A stretch of 64,000 nucleotides of DNA from NCBI GenBank assembly GCA_965178125.1, contig OZ237749.1, forward strand, positions 806,001 to 870,000, given 5' to 3'. Positions within the stretch are counted from its first letter, which is position 1. Each line of letters starts with the position of its first letter. A program made the translations under genes and the position numbers. Shown here in pieces: positions 15,001 through 25,950 of the stretch. The DNA comes from Bilabrum cf. latius. Taxonomy: Eukaryota. A model generated the notes under the pieces. It did no database searches. It was not told the origin of the DNA and saw only the letters and a list, made by a program, of their open reading frames with translations.

Positions 15001-18000
15001 GCTGTCGAGCGGCGCAGGTGCCACCGGTGCATCGGGCGCTGTGACAGTGGAGTCAGGCAGTGCGGGGTCGGGCGGCACGGGCGCGGTATCAGTGGGGTCG
15101 GGCGCCAGCAGCAGGGCATCATCGGGCGCGGTGAGTGTGGGGTCGGGCGCGACGTCCAGCGCGGGGTCGGGAGCCGTGACCGTGGCCAGTGGCGCGGCCA
15201 CCAACGGAGTCTCGGGACATGTCATCGTGCACTCGGGCACGGCCGCGTCTGGCGATGCCGGCTGGCTGGTGCTGTCGGCCGGCACCGCCACCAAGGGCGC
15301 GGCTGGAGCCGTGTCCATGTCGGCGGCATCGGCGTCGTCTGGGTCTGGCGGAGCTGTGTATGTGCAGGCCGGCACCAGCTCGGACAGCACGGCGGGCGTG
15401 GGCGGGCAGCTGTCTCTGGTGTCTGGCGGGTCGCCTGACGGGCGCGTGTCTGGCATTGTGACGGTGGCCAGCGCGGCGGGCACGGGGTCGGGCACGTCGG
15501 GCGCGGTGACGCTGTCGAGCGGCGCAGGTGCCACCGGTGCATCGGGCGCTGTGACAGTGGAGTCAGGCAGTGCGGGGTCGGGCGGCACGGGCGCGGTGTC
15601 AGTGGGGTCGGGCGCCAGCAGCAGGGCATCATCGGGCGCGGTGAGTGTGGGGTCGGGCGCGACGTCCAGCGCGGGGTCGGGAGCCGTGACCGTGGCCAGT
15701 GGCGCGGCCACCAACGGAGTCTCGGGACATGTCATCGTGCACTCGGGCACGGCCGCGTCTGGCGATGCCGGCTGGCTGGTGCTGTCGGCCGGCACCGCCA
15801 CCAAGGGCGCGGCTGGAGCCGTGTCCATGTCGGCGGCATCGGCGTCGTCTGGGTCTGGCGGAGCTGTGTATGTGCAGGCCGGCACCAGCTCGGACAGCAC
15901 GGCGGGCGTGGGCGGGCAGCTGTCTCTGGTGTCTGGCGGGTCGCCTGACGGGCGCGTGTCTGGCATTGTGACGGTGGCCAGCGCGGCGGGCACGGGGTCG
16001 GGCACGTCGGGCGCGGTGACGCTGTCGAGCGGCGCAGGTGCCACCGGTGCATCGGGCGCTGTGACAGTGGAGTCAGGCAGTGCGGGGTCGGGCGGCACGG
16101 GCGCGGTGTCAGTGGGGTCGGGCGCCAGCAGCAGGGCATCATCGGGCGCGGTGAGTGTGGGGTCGGGCGCGACGTCCAGCGCGGGGTCGGGAGCCGTGAC
16201 CGTGGCCAGTGGCGCGGCCACCAACGGAGTCTCGGGGCATGTCATCGTGCACTCGGGCACGGCCGCGTCTGGCGATGCCGGCTGGCTGGTGCTGTCGGCC
16301 GGCACCGCCACCAAGGGCGCGGCTGGAGCCGTGTCCATGTCGGCGGCATCGGCGTCGTCAGGGTCTGGCGGAGCTGTGTATGTGCAGGCCGGCACCAGCT
16401 CGGACAGCACGGCGGGCGTGGGCGGGCAGCTGTCTCTGGTGTCTGGCGGGTCGCCTGACGGGCGCGTGTCTGGCATTGTGACGGTGGCCAGCGCGGCGGG
16501 CACGGGGTCGGGCACGTCGGGCGCGGTGACGCTGTCGAGCGGCGCAGGTGCCACCGGTGCATCGGGCGCTGTGACAGTGGAGTCAGGCAGTGCGGGGTCG
16601 GGCGGCACGGGCGCGGTATCAGTGGGGTCGGGCGCCAGCAGCAGGGCATCATCGGGCGCGGTGAGTGTGGGGTCGGGCGCGACGTCCAGCGCGGGGTCGG
16701 GCGATCTGCAGCTGACGAGCGGTGATGCGGACTCCGGCACATCCGGCGCCGTGACCGTGGCCAGTGGTGCGGCCACCAACGGAGTCTCGGGACATGTCAT
16801 CGTGCACTCGGGCACGGCCGCGTCTGGCGATGCCGGCTGGCTGGTGCTGTCGGCCGGCACCGCCACCAAGGGCGCGGCCGGAGCCGTGTCCATGTCGGCG
16901 GCATCGGCGTCGTCTGGGTCTGGCGGAGCTGTGTATGTGCAGGCCGGCACCAGCTCGGACAGCACGGCGGGCGTGGGCGGGCAGCTGTCTCTGGTGTCTG
17001 GCGGGTCGCCTGACGGGCGCGTGTCTGGCATTGTGACGGTGGCCAGCGCGGCGGGCACGGGGTCGGGCACGTCGGGCGCGGTGACGCTGTCGAGCGGCGC
17101 AGGTGCCACCGGTGCATCGGGCGCTGTGACAGTGGAGTCAGGCAGTGCGGGGTCGGGCGGCACGGGCGCGGTGTCAGTGGGGTCGGGCGCCAGCAGCAGG
17201 GCATCATCGGGCGCGGTGAGTGTGGGGTCGGGCGCGACGTCCAGCGCGGGGTCGGGAGCCGTGACCGTGGCCAGTGGTGCGGCCACCAACGGAGTCTCGG
17301 GACATGTCATCGTGCACTCGGGCACGGCCGCGTCTGGCGATGCCGGCTGGCTGGTGCTGTCGGCCGGCACCGCCACCAAGGGCGCGGCTGGAGCCGTGTC
17401 CATGTCGGCGGCATCGGCGTCGTCTGGGTCTGGCGGAGCTGTGTATGTGCAGGCCGGCACCAGCTCGGACAGCACGGCGGGCGTGGGCGGGCAGCTGTCT
17501 CTGGTGTCTGGCGGGTCGCCTGACGGGCGCGTGTCTGGCATTGTGACGGTGGCCAGCGCGGCGGGCACGGGGTCGGGCACGTCGGGCGCGGTGACGCTGT
17601 CGAGCGGCGCAGGTGCCACCGGTGCATCGGGCGCTGTGGCAGTGGAGTCAGGCAGTGCGGGGTCGGGCGGCACGGGCGCGGTATCAGTGGGGTCGGGCGC
17701 CAGCAGCAGGGCATCATCGGGCGCGGTGAGTGTGGGGTCGGGCGCGACGTCCAGCGCGGGGTCGGGCGATCTGCAGCTGACGAGCGGTGATGCTGACTCG
17801 GGCACATCCGGAGATATAGTGCTTAGGTCGGGCAGTGCTACCATGGGTGATTCGGGCTCTGTAGTTGTTGGGTCTGGCGCCGCTAATGATGGAGATACTG
17901 GATGGCTTGTGTTTTCGACTGGGTCGTCTACATCTACTGGGGATTCTGGGGCGATCAGCGTGCATGCTGGAGCTAGCGTCGAGGATGGTGGGTCAGTGTA

Positions 18001-18454
18001 TTTGCAGGGCGGGTCCTCCAGCAGCACCGTAGCAGGCTCAGTGGTGCTTCAGGGAGGCGCTGCAAGTGGGGGGGCAACGGCCGGTGGTATCTAGCTGGGT
18101 GGGAACGGCATCGTTTTCGATAGCTTCGTGGCCGGCACTGCCACGCTCACATTCACCACAACTTCTGTGGCAGCAGGAGCTACCCTGTCAGAAGCAGCCT
18201 CCATGGGGACGACTGACATCCCGGAGTACTTCCAGCTGTCTGCTACTGACTTGGTCATGATTCAACCGCAGTTCCAGTCCGAGATGACTGGTGTTCACGC
18301 GTCGGTGCAAGGGGCTGACGAAGGGACGTTTGGAGCCAGGGGTGCAATCGTTGGGGCACGAAAGCTCCTTGTATCGTTTACCAATTCAGGCAGCGGGACA
18401 CTCACAGCGCATAGCGGTGGGACTTTCTTGGTGATTGTTGTGAAGTTGAATTGA
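2..18454 (+). CDS. Giant Gly/Ser/Ala-rich repeat protein (>6,100 aa, 5' end outside window) with an EGF-like motif and a 30-unit probable beta-solenoid array; likely extracellular fibre or adhesin
   Basis: ORFs 38-226, 260-940, 1016-1519, 1526-18094 and 18128-18454 share one frame and are separated only by TAG (224, 938, 1517, 18092). First TGA is at 18452-18454. EGF-like CAGRGLCAPATGQCTCFSGYAGSDC at ~644-718; recurring F/L-x-V/I-x-G-N/D-G motifs and GG-x-x-I/V-x-x heptads precede the array. Confidence 0.85.
2081..17830 (+). repeat. Coding tandem array of 30 units: 20 of 510 bp (170 aa) and 10 of 555 bp (185 aa)
   Basis: Unit starts at about 2081, 2591, 3146, 3701, 4211, 4721, 5276 ... 16766, 17276. 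Long units carry an extra 45 bp encoding DLQLTSGDA(D/N)SGTSG. Units differ only by scattered SNPs. Confidence 0.97.
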
Positions 18455-18575
18455 TTGCAGGTTCTTTGGTAGCCTGGCGAGGTGCAGAATCACGCTCATC
18501 TCGCTGCTCTCGATGCAAGATGACGATTGGCCGCTGCGCCAAGTATGGCTGGCGGGTTAGATCATCCCTGCCCAT

Positions 18576-19465
18576 ATGGCTGCAAAAGCTAGCCCAGCCT
18601 CTGTTGTACCACCGCAAGTTCCACTTCGAGAGGGGGCTGCTGCTTATGTGGCGAAGAGCGCTGGCAGGGCGTCGACACCATCGATTGAGGATGTCGATCT
18701 GACTGTCCCTCTACGAACCCCATCCAAGCCACCAGTGGCAAGAAGCATGTACGACTTGCTCATTCATGAATATATTAGCTACCTAGTGAGTTCATAATTC
18801 GTTTCTGAATGGCGTGCTTCAGTCCAATATGATTGCTTCGCATCCATCGCGATCCTCTGTCCGTTCATTCAGGCACGGCGAGAGCCCGTATCCAGAGGAG
18901 CGCGCATTGCGTACTTTTAGGAAATTGAAGACTTTGGGAGGTCAATCGGGAGGCGCTGGGTTGAGCGGTAAGCATTTTCGACTGCACCTGCCTTGCGAGC
19001 TGCATATTCACTGAACTCGTTCAGTTGGCCTCCTCTGGTGACGCAGATTAGTGCAGAGCCGCCCACGGTTGGGTACGCCATTAGACGTCTTCAAGTTTTT
19101 GTGCAAGGATGCCTGGACTTCGCTCTACGGAAAGGCGATAGATCGACTGAGGACTGATCACGCCGTGAGATGATTTGGGCACCCAGCCTCCCCCGGTTCC
19201 AAGCCCTAGCATTCTTCGCTGGCCTTGCAATTTCATCTTTACTTTTGTGCAGACGGTATTCCAGCTCCACGACAACGCATTCCCGCTGTTTGCGCACTTG
19301 TCAGTGGCGGCTGGTGCAACTGACGGAGGAAGGCGGCAGAGCCTTGCGATGCTAGCCGCTGGCCACTTGAATGGCATGCTATCAGCTTTTGGTTATGAGG
19401 GTCATACTGTCCACTCCCATGTCGAGGGAAGCATGCTGAAGCTGGAGGTTACGTTGAACCAATGA
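18576..19465 (+). CDS. TRAPPC6: TRAPP complex subunit Trs33/TRAPPC6-like, 4 exons
   Basis: Spliced product reads ...VARSMYDLLIHEYISYL / ARREPVSRGARIAYF*EIEDFGRSIGRRWVER / LVQSRPRLGTPLDVFKFLCKDAWTSLYGKAIDRLRTDHA / TVFQLHDNAF..., matching Trs33 motifs (LDIMKFICKDFW..F.KQIDNLRTNH, LQDN.F). Donors GTGAGT, GTAAGC, GTGAGA; CAG acceptors; one in-frame TAG at 18918; ends TGA. Confidence 0.85.
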
Positions 19466-19651
19466 TGCTTTCGGCAATGAAGTGTTGCCAGCCATCGCAT
19501 GATCCCCTCGATTGCGCATCCTATATGTGTATGTAATTTAATTTGGCATTCTAGTCTCGAACTCAGTCATGTCCGCCCAAGTCATACGACCTAAACAGGC
19601 GAGCAAGTTTCAGCCAAGATTTGCCAAGTGTTCCGCCAGCAGGCCCGCTGC

Positions 19652-20224
19652 TCAGATGTCGATCTTGTCCAGCGTCGGGGGGAAAGAGTTCCGCACGATC
19701 TGGGCCTTCTTCTTATCGGCAAGGCGCAAGGTGTACAAGTACTGCGATCGTAATAGGAAACCGAGTGGCCGCGGGGGGGAGGAGTATCCGGCTACCGTCT
19801 GTAAGCCTCGCAGAAGCGACTGCCGACCAGGACAGACAGAGTAATCTTACCTTCTTGGTCCTTAGCTTGAACTTGGTCACGCCGGTGGCCTTGTTCTCGA
19901 CAATCTTGACATCTGCGCGAGGATTCGATAATTGCAGCAGCACCAGGAAATGCTACCCACTATGGAATACGAATGAAAGTTTCCAAACACATTCCGTAGG
20001 ACTTGGCCTCACACTTGGCATCGGCAGTGCGTGCCTTCTCGAAGAACTTCATGATGTCATGGACCTGCTTCGGCTGCGATACATGGCACGAGTTGCAGCA
20101 ACAGCACTAGCAGGCGATGTATCACTGCCGCCGATCCATCCAGGCCGAGTCAAATCCTACAAGCTCATGCACAAATATATTTGAAATATAATTTGTGGCA
20201 CAAAGGGGCAACGGGTCTCACCAT
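19652..20224 (-). CDS. RPL38: 60S ribosomal protein L38 (eL38), 4 exons
   Basis: Exons 20224-20222 (ATG only), 20073-20013, 19912-19851, 19741-19652 give MPKQVHDIMKFFEKARTADAKYVKIVENKATGVTKFKLRTKKYLYTLRLADKKKAQIVRNSFPPTLDKIDI; GT-AG introns; TGA stop; no TAG. Confidence 0.93.
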
Positions 20225-20370
20225 ACTACAAACTTTAAGGTTGTACGTTTGTGGTGCTTCACAGATCGGATCAACGAACATTCTGTCGGCCGACGAACCA
20301 TGCACGTCATCAGATGCCTTCCTGTGTCCCAAGCGATAGGAAGAGAGGCTACAAGTTTGGTTAACGAATT

Positions 20371-21881
20371 TCAAAACGCAGGTTTGGCAACAAGTCCAGC
20401 TGGCGCTGTTGTGGTGGCCGTTTGCAGCGGCTCCAGCCCCAGGTCCTCGGTGGGCACCCCGATCTCCTCCAGCTTGGCGCTGTACACCCTGGTCGCGTCG
20501 TTGTACGCCTTACTCGCCCGTGCGATGGCGAACTGCAGCTCCCTGATCATCTGATTCCGCCCCTCGAGCAGCTCGTGCACCCGGTGGTTGATCCCCGCCA
20601 CCGCCCTTGGGTCCAGCCTGGCCTCCTGCACCACCGCCTCGATCTGCTTGCTCTTATCATCGTACCTGACCTGCAGCTCGTCCAGCCTGCTCTCGAGCAT
20701 CTCGTTCCTGTACTCTGCCCTCCTATGCACGGCCCTCACCGCCTCCTCAAAGCTGTCGTACAGCCGGTCCCTCTCCCCCTCGAGCGCCTTGAACTGGGCC
20801 TCGAGCGAGGAATGCTCCTTGGCAAGCGACTGCTGCTCCTGGCGAAGGGTCCTCAGGCGAGAGCGCGCGTTCCTGAGCGCAAGCCTGTCCTTCTCCGCGT
20901 CTCTCAAATCAGCCCTGAGGGCGAGAACCTCGTCCGTGGCAGCCGCCAGCGGGTTGGCAAGGTTCTTGTTCTCCTCTGCGATGTCCACCATGAGCGCCTG
21001 GGAGGCGATCTGCCGCTCCTGGAGCTCCTTGATCTGAGACTTGAGCGCCTGGATCGTGATCACGTTCTTCTTGGTGATCATGTTGTAGAACTCCCGCATC
21101 TTGGCAAAGTCCCTCCGGTGGTTCTCGGTCAGGTCGAAGATGTGCTGGTTCTTGCGCTCCTCCACCTCATGCACCTCCACCTTGAGGCGCAGCTCCAGCT
21201 CGCTCCTGACCTCGCCCATCCGGGCCTCGTACTCCGTGCGCAGGGCATCCGTGCGCGAGCGGAACTCCTTCGCGGCGAGCTCTTCGGCCTTGACGTGGCG
21301 CTCCCTGAGCTTCTTCATGTCGGCCGCCTGCTCGTCCTCCTGCGCGCGGAGCCTGGCCCGCATTTCCGCGATCGCGGCGCGCAAACCGTCTTCCGCGCGG
21401 CCGTGAGACTTCCCGGCGTCTTCCAATGCTTCGGTGCGGCCGGCTTCCGTTCGCTTGAGTGCGTGCCGGTGCTCATAGTCCAGGTGCTTGACCTTCTACT
21501 CGTACACCTTCTTCTCAACCCTGTGATTCTCTTCCATCGTTTCCATCTCCCTGTCTTTCTGTTCCACCATCAGGTCATACTTACGCATCTCCCCCTTTGT
21601 AATCTCGTAAAACCTAGACACTGTGTCCTGCGCAAGGGAATCGGGGGGCGACGTTCGATAGCAGACGAAGGTGTTGCACTGCTGAGCATCACGAACAGGA
21701 TCCAGGCTTCGCGATGTGCGACGCTTACCCTATCGACTTGCATCTGATTTCTGTCCATTTGGGACTTGTCGAGAGCCTCTCGCAACTCTCTGAGCTTCTC
21801 GCGAAGCTCCTCCAAAGGCTTGTCATCAAAGACGGTCGGGGCCCTGGGGGGCGGCACATCCTTCTTTTTCTTCTTCGGCAT
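20371..21881 (-). CDS. GAS8: Dynein regulatory complex subunit 4 (GAS8/DRC4/trypanin)
   Basis: MPKKKKKD start; intron 21728-21628; KDREMETMEENHRVEKKVYE*KVKHLDYEH; EVHEVEERKNQHIFDL; MREFYNMIT; C-terminal PAGLV. In-frame TAG at 21496-21498; TGA stop. Confidence 0.93.
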
Positions 21882-22090
21882 GGGAATACACTGCTATTAT
21901 AAGAAGTGCACTACCCACAAAGCTCTTCCCGGATCGGGCAGAGCGAGGAGAAATTAGTACCAGTTGCAGTGCCAAACGGAATTCTCGGTTCCGCTAAATC
22001 GGCTGCGCGGCGCCAAGCTCGACAGCGTGAGCGCACAAACAAGCAAAGGGTGCCAAAATCTTACACTACCAGTATACCACTACATTCACA

Positions 22091-23630
22091 TCACAGTTCA
22101 TCGTGTGCAGCTGCCCCTCCGCTCTCAAGCTGCAGACGCAGCTCGTTTGCGTACTTGTCGTCGCACGCGGCTGGCGTGCGGAGCGTGGCGGTGTAGGCGC
22201 ACTTGCTCGGTTCGTCCACGGAGAGCAGCTCCTCGTCCACGCCGCATTCCAGAGTCACCGTCATGCTCCTGTTCGGACCCTGGTAACAGTGCTGCCCGTT
22301 CGTGAATTTCATCACGGAGTGGCCACCCTCCCCCCAGCCCGCAAAGGTGCCGAGGCTCGTCCCGTCCTGTGAAGAGCGGTCGAACGGGCAGACCTTGTAC
22401 GTGTACTTCTGCACCTTCTTCTCGATGCAGCGCCCCCGCAGCGGAGCGAATTCGGACTGCGGGCCGTAGTCGTGCTTCGCCGCACCCTCCGCGTCCCCCA
22501 GCTCTCTCTCGGCGGCGCGCAGGTCCTCTTGGGCCCTCCGGTGCTCGTCCCTTCGCCTCTCGGCCTCCTCGCTCTTGTAACCCCCCGCTCCTGTATCCTC
22601 GTCCTTCCAGGCGATCTGGGCCACTGGCACGGCGGCGGGAGGAGGCGTGGATCCCGGTTCCCCCGATGCAGCAGCAGCGGCAGTTGACTTCTCCGTGTGC
22701 CAGTCCTTGGCGATCTGGGCGAGCATGTCTCCCTGCTTGGTGTCGCGGGCCAGTCGGATGAGGACCGCCCTGAGCTCGTCAGCGGTGGCGTCCTGCAGGC
22801 CCAGGCCCTTGATGACGGCCTTGTCCTTATTGTGTTTCCTTTCCTCCTTCTCCTTCTCCTCTTCCTCCTCGGCCAGCTTGCGGGCCCGATCTGCCTCGTC
22901 CCTCCTCGCGGCGGCCTCCTCCTTCTTGTTCTTCAGCTCGGCGATCTTGGCGTCTCGCTCGGACGTCTCTTTCTGGCCCTGCTCGATGTACTGCTTCTTC
23001 TTCAGGGCGCCCTCCTCGGCCTGGCGGATGCGCTCTGCCTGCAGCTTGCGCCACTCCGCACCGTCCGAGTCGCACGTGTTCGCGCACTTGACGGGGGAGT
23101 CGTACTCATCGCTCCCATCGCAACTGTGATCGGAAGGGGCAATGAAGTAGGGAGAAGATGCATGCAGGCTGGACTTCGTTCAATCGAATAACACGGTGCT
23201 TGCTCTCAACGCGCCTCACCAGTCGCATACCCCGTCGTTCACAATCGATGCCGGGACTGTCTTCCCACGGAATCCCTTGTTAATGCAATAAAACTTTCCA
23301 TTTGCACACGCAGCTGCGAGCATTAAGGAACGCGTGCAGCGGAGGATCCGAATGAGTGGACACGTGGACTAAGCCGGTTCGAGTGTTTGCCGCTAGTACA
23401 GCCAACAATGCATCAGAGCGGCAAATCTTACACGTGCCAGGTTCATCCGTCCCATCTTTGCAATCACAGTAGTCATCATTCACTCTTCCGATTGGATACG
23501 TCCGGGATCCACCGTCGCAGCTGAAGGTATCGCCTTGGTACAAATGCTATTTAGACGACGGCACGCCCAGCACATCTGCAGCCACAACACATGCACTCAA
23601 TCCAAATAGTGCAAGAAGTGCAGTCTACAT
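22091..23630 (-). CDS. PRKCSH: Glucosidase II beta subunit (PRKCSH/GTB1), 3 exons
   Basis: Signal peptide [51 protein letters not shown]; coiled coil; MRH domain (YTYKVCPF, GQHCYQGPNRS, DEPSKCAY); C-terminal HDEL then TGA. In-frame TAG at 23625 and 23547. Confidence 0.93.
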
Positions 23631-23750
23631 GTTCCTGTGCTGCGATGTTTGTGGACCGAAGCAACCCAATGCCTAATTCAGATTATCGCCGAAAAGTGCA
23701 CTGCTCTACTTACGCAAAGGCAACCGCAGCAAATAGCTTTGAATCTAGGC
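23631..23750. promoter_or_regulatory. Putative bidirectional promoter (PRKCSH/TTLL9) containing palindrome AGTGCACT at 23695-23702
   Basis: 120-bp AT-richer gap between divergent ATGs; the same palindrome occurs at 21905 and 43495. Confidence 0.45.
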
Positions 23751-25783
23751 ATGGCAGCGAGTCCTAAGCCCAAATCAAAATCAGAAGATTAGTGAGTTAT
23801 TTGGTAATCGTGCAAGTGCGTACCAACGCCACAAAATGGACATCCACGGCAACCAATTTTGAATTATTTCTGCCAACGTCTACTCTCACTGGATTTCGTT
23901 CGCAGTGACGACTTGCCTGCGGTCGTGTTCAGGTGCTCGTTTCGAAATACCGTGTTGGATGCGCTCCGCGCCAAAGAAAGCTGGGAAGAAACTACAAGGT
24001 GAGGGATAGCATTGGCTGCTGCAGTGGGGTCTAGCGGACTCGAACATACGCAGGCTTTGCTGTTTTGAATACCCCTTCTAGTCGCAGCGACGTTGAATGG
24101 GACATAAATTGGGCAGATGTGGGTTGGATCCGGGAGCATTTCGACTCGATGCGAATGGATGAGCACCAGCGCGTGAACCACTTCAGAAACCACTTTGAGC
24201 TGACCAGGAAGGATTTGCTCGTGAAGAATATCAACAGGATGCGCAAGCAGCTCGAGAAGATGGACAGGCTGGCGGAGGCTGAGCGGTACGGCTTCCTCCC
24301 GATCTCCTTCGTGCTGCCAGGCGACTACTCGCTGTACGTGGAGGCATTTCGGAGGCACCCCGGGGAGACCTGGATCATGAAGCCTATCGGTCGGGCCCAG
24401 GGGAGGGGCATCTTCCTCATCAACAAGCTCTCACAGATCAGCCAGTGGAAGAGAGACCACCGCTGGAGGACGGACACGGGCGGCCGGTCGGACCGCTCGG
24501 GGCAGGCGGAGGCCTACGTGGTGCAGAGGTACCTGAGAGACCCCTACACGATCGGCGGAAAGAAATTCGACATGAGGCTGTACGCACTCGTCACATCGTT
24601 CACGCCGCTAGTCGTGTGGTTGTACCGCAGCGGGTTCGCAAGGTTCTCCGGGACTCGGTACTCCTCCGACCGAGCAGACACGGACAACCTTGAGATGCAT
24701 TTGACCAACGTCGCGGTGCAGAAGAAGAGCGAGGGATACGACGCCAGCGTTGGCTGCAAGTGGCACGTGAAGAAGCTGAAGCTGTTTTTGGCCAGCAAGC
24801 ACGGCCTCCCCGCCGTGAACCGCCTGTTCCAGGAGATCGAGCACCTCATCGTCAGGAGCCTCCTGGCCTGCCAGAAAACCATCATACAGGACAAGCACTG
24901 CTTCGAGCTATACGGATACGATGTGCTTATCGATAGGGAGCTCCGGCCCTGGCTAATAGAGGTGAACGCGAGCCCCTCATTGACCGCCGACACGGACGAG
25001 GACTACAGACTGAAGAGGGCGCTGATCGCGGACACCATGGACGTGGTGGACGTGGAGGGAAACAGGGATGGAGAGGAGACCACTGTAGGGGGCTTCGATC
25101 TCGTCTACCAGGCCGGGCCCGTGGACCACCCGCTGTCCTGTGCTGCGTGTCCCAGCCCCCTGGGCCGGCACAACCCCACCGAGCACGCCAACCTCCTGGC
25201 GGGGATGGTCAAGCAGGAGAAGCCGACCAGACTGGGGGCTTCAACCCCTGCCAGTGTAGCTGGCCCGGCCACAGGTGGCGCTGGGGCAGGTGTCAAGCCG
25301 GCAGGAGCGGGAGGAAGCAGCCCCTCCGCATCGGTTGGATCGACAGGCGCCTCGTCCTCGTCTCGCACCAGCAGCGGCGGGATGCCGGCCAGCGCCCGCG
25401 CGGGGGCTTCGGCAGGACGTGGGCCCGGGACTGTGCGGGCGTCAAACGGCTCTGCCGCTGGCTCTGGCGCGGCATCGGGTAGGCTGAAGCTGTCGGCCCC
25501 TGTGGGTAGGCTCCCGGTCGGGGTGCCTGGGAGGGCTGGGCCGCCTCCAGGGAGCGGGGGGGCGGGCAGCGCAGCACGGGCTGGATCCAAGGCACGGGGT
25601 GGCGGTCGGCCGACCGGGATGCCGCCGGTGTCTGGCAGCGGCAGTGGGGCAAAGATGGGGATGGATCGGGCCATGGGAGTGTACGGTGCGTCGTCTGTAG
25701 GATCCTGGAGACCCGGGAGCGGTCGTCCTGGATCCTCTAGCAGCAGAGGCCCGTCTTCTGGCGAGAGGGAGACGTACAGATGA
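23751..25783 (+). CDS. TTLL9: Tubulin polyglutamylase TTLL9-like, 3 exons
   Basis: FRCSFRNTVLDALR..W / DVEWDINWADVGWIRE, NHFRNHFELTRKDLLVKN, WIMKP, KFDMRLY, HLTNVAVQK, FELYGYDVLID, EVNASPSL; low-complexity Gly/Ser tail; TGA stop. Exon 1 (ATG 23751, donor GTGAGT ~23792) is inferred. Confidence 0.9.
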
Positions 25784-25950
25784 CTGTGCGATTGTGCTGG
25801 ATGACTGTGCGAATGTGCTGATTGCGCGTTCGCTTTGCGTGTGGGTTTGGGCGTGCGTTGGTGGATATTGCTGGTGCTCGGGTATAACATCGATGTCAAC
25901 GCGCAGGCAATCGACCAGGTCGGACAGCCATGGATGGGCCCCCAGTTGCA

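Noticed and set aside
2109-17807. Dozens of repeated 90, 136 and 166-aa ORFs in other frames
   Set aside because: Off-frame by-products of the GC-rich coding array.
2081-17830. Array as CRISPR, satellite or mobile element
   Set aside because: No unique spacers, terminal repeats or transposase; it is in frame within a CDS.
1915-18027. 5,370-aa antisense ORF (Pro/Asp/Ala/Thr-rich)
   Set aside because: Shadow of the sense repeat: one stop-free unit repeated 30 times stays open. The SNP pattern and the unique flanking domains support the + strand.
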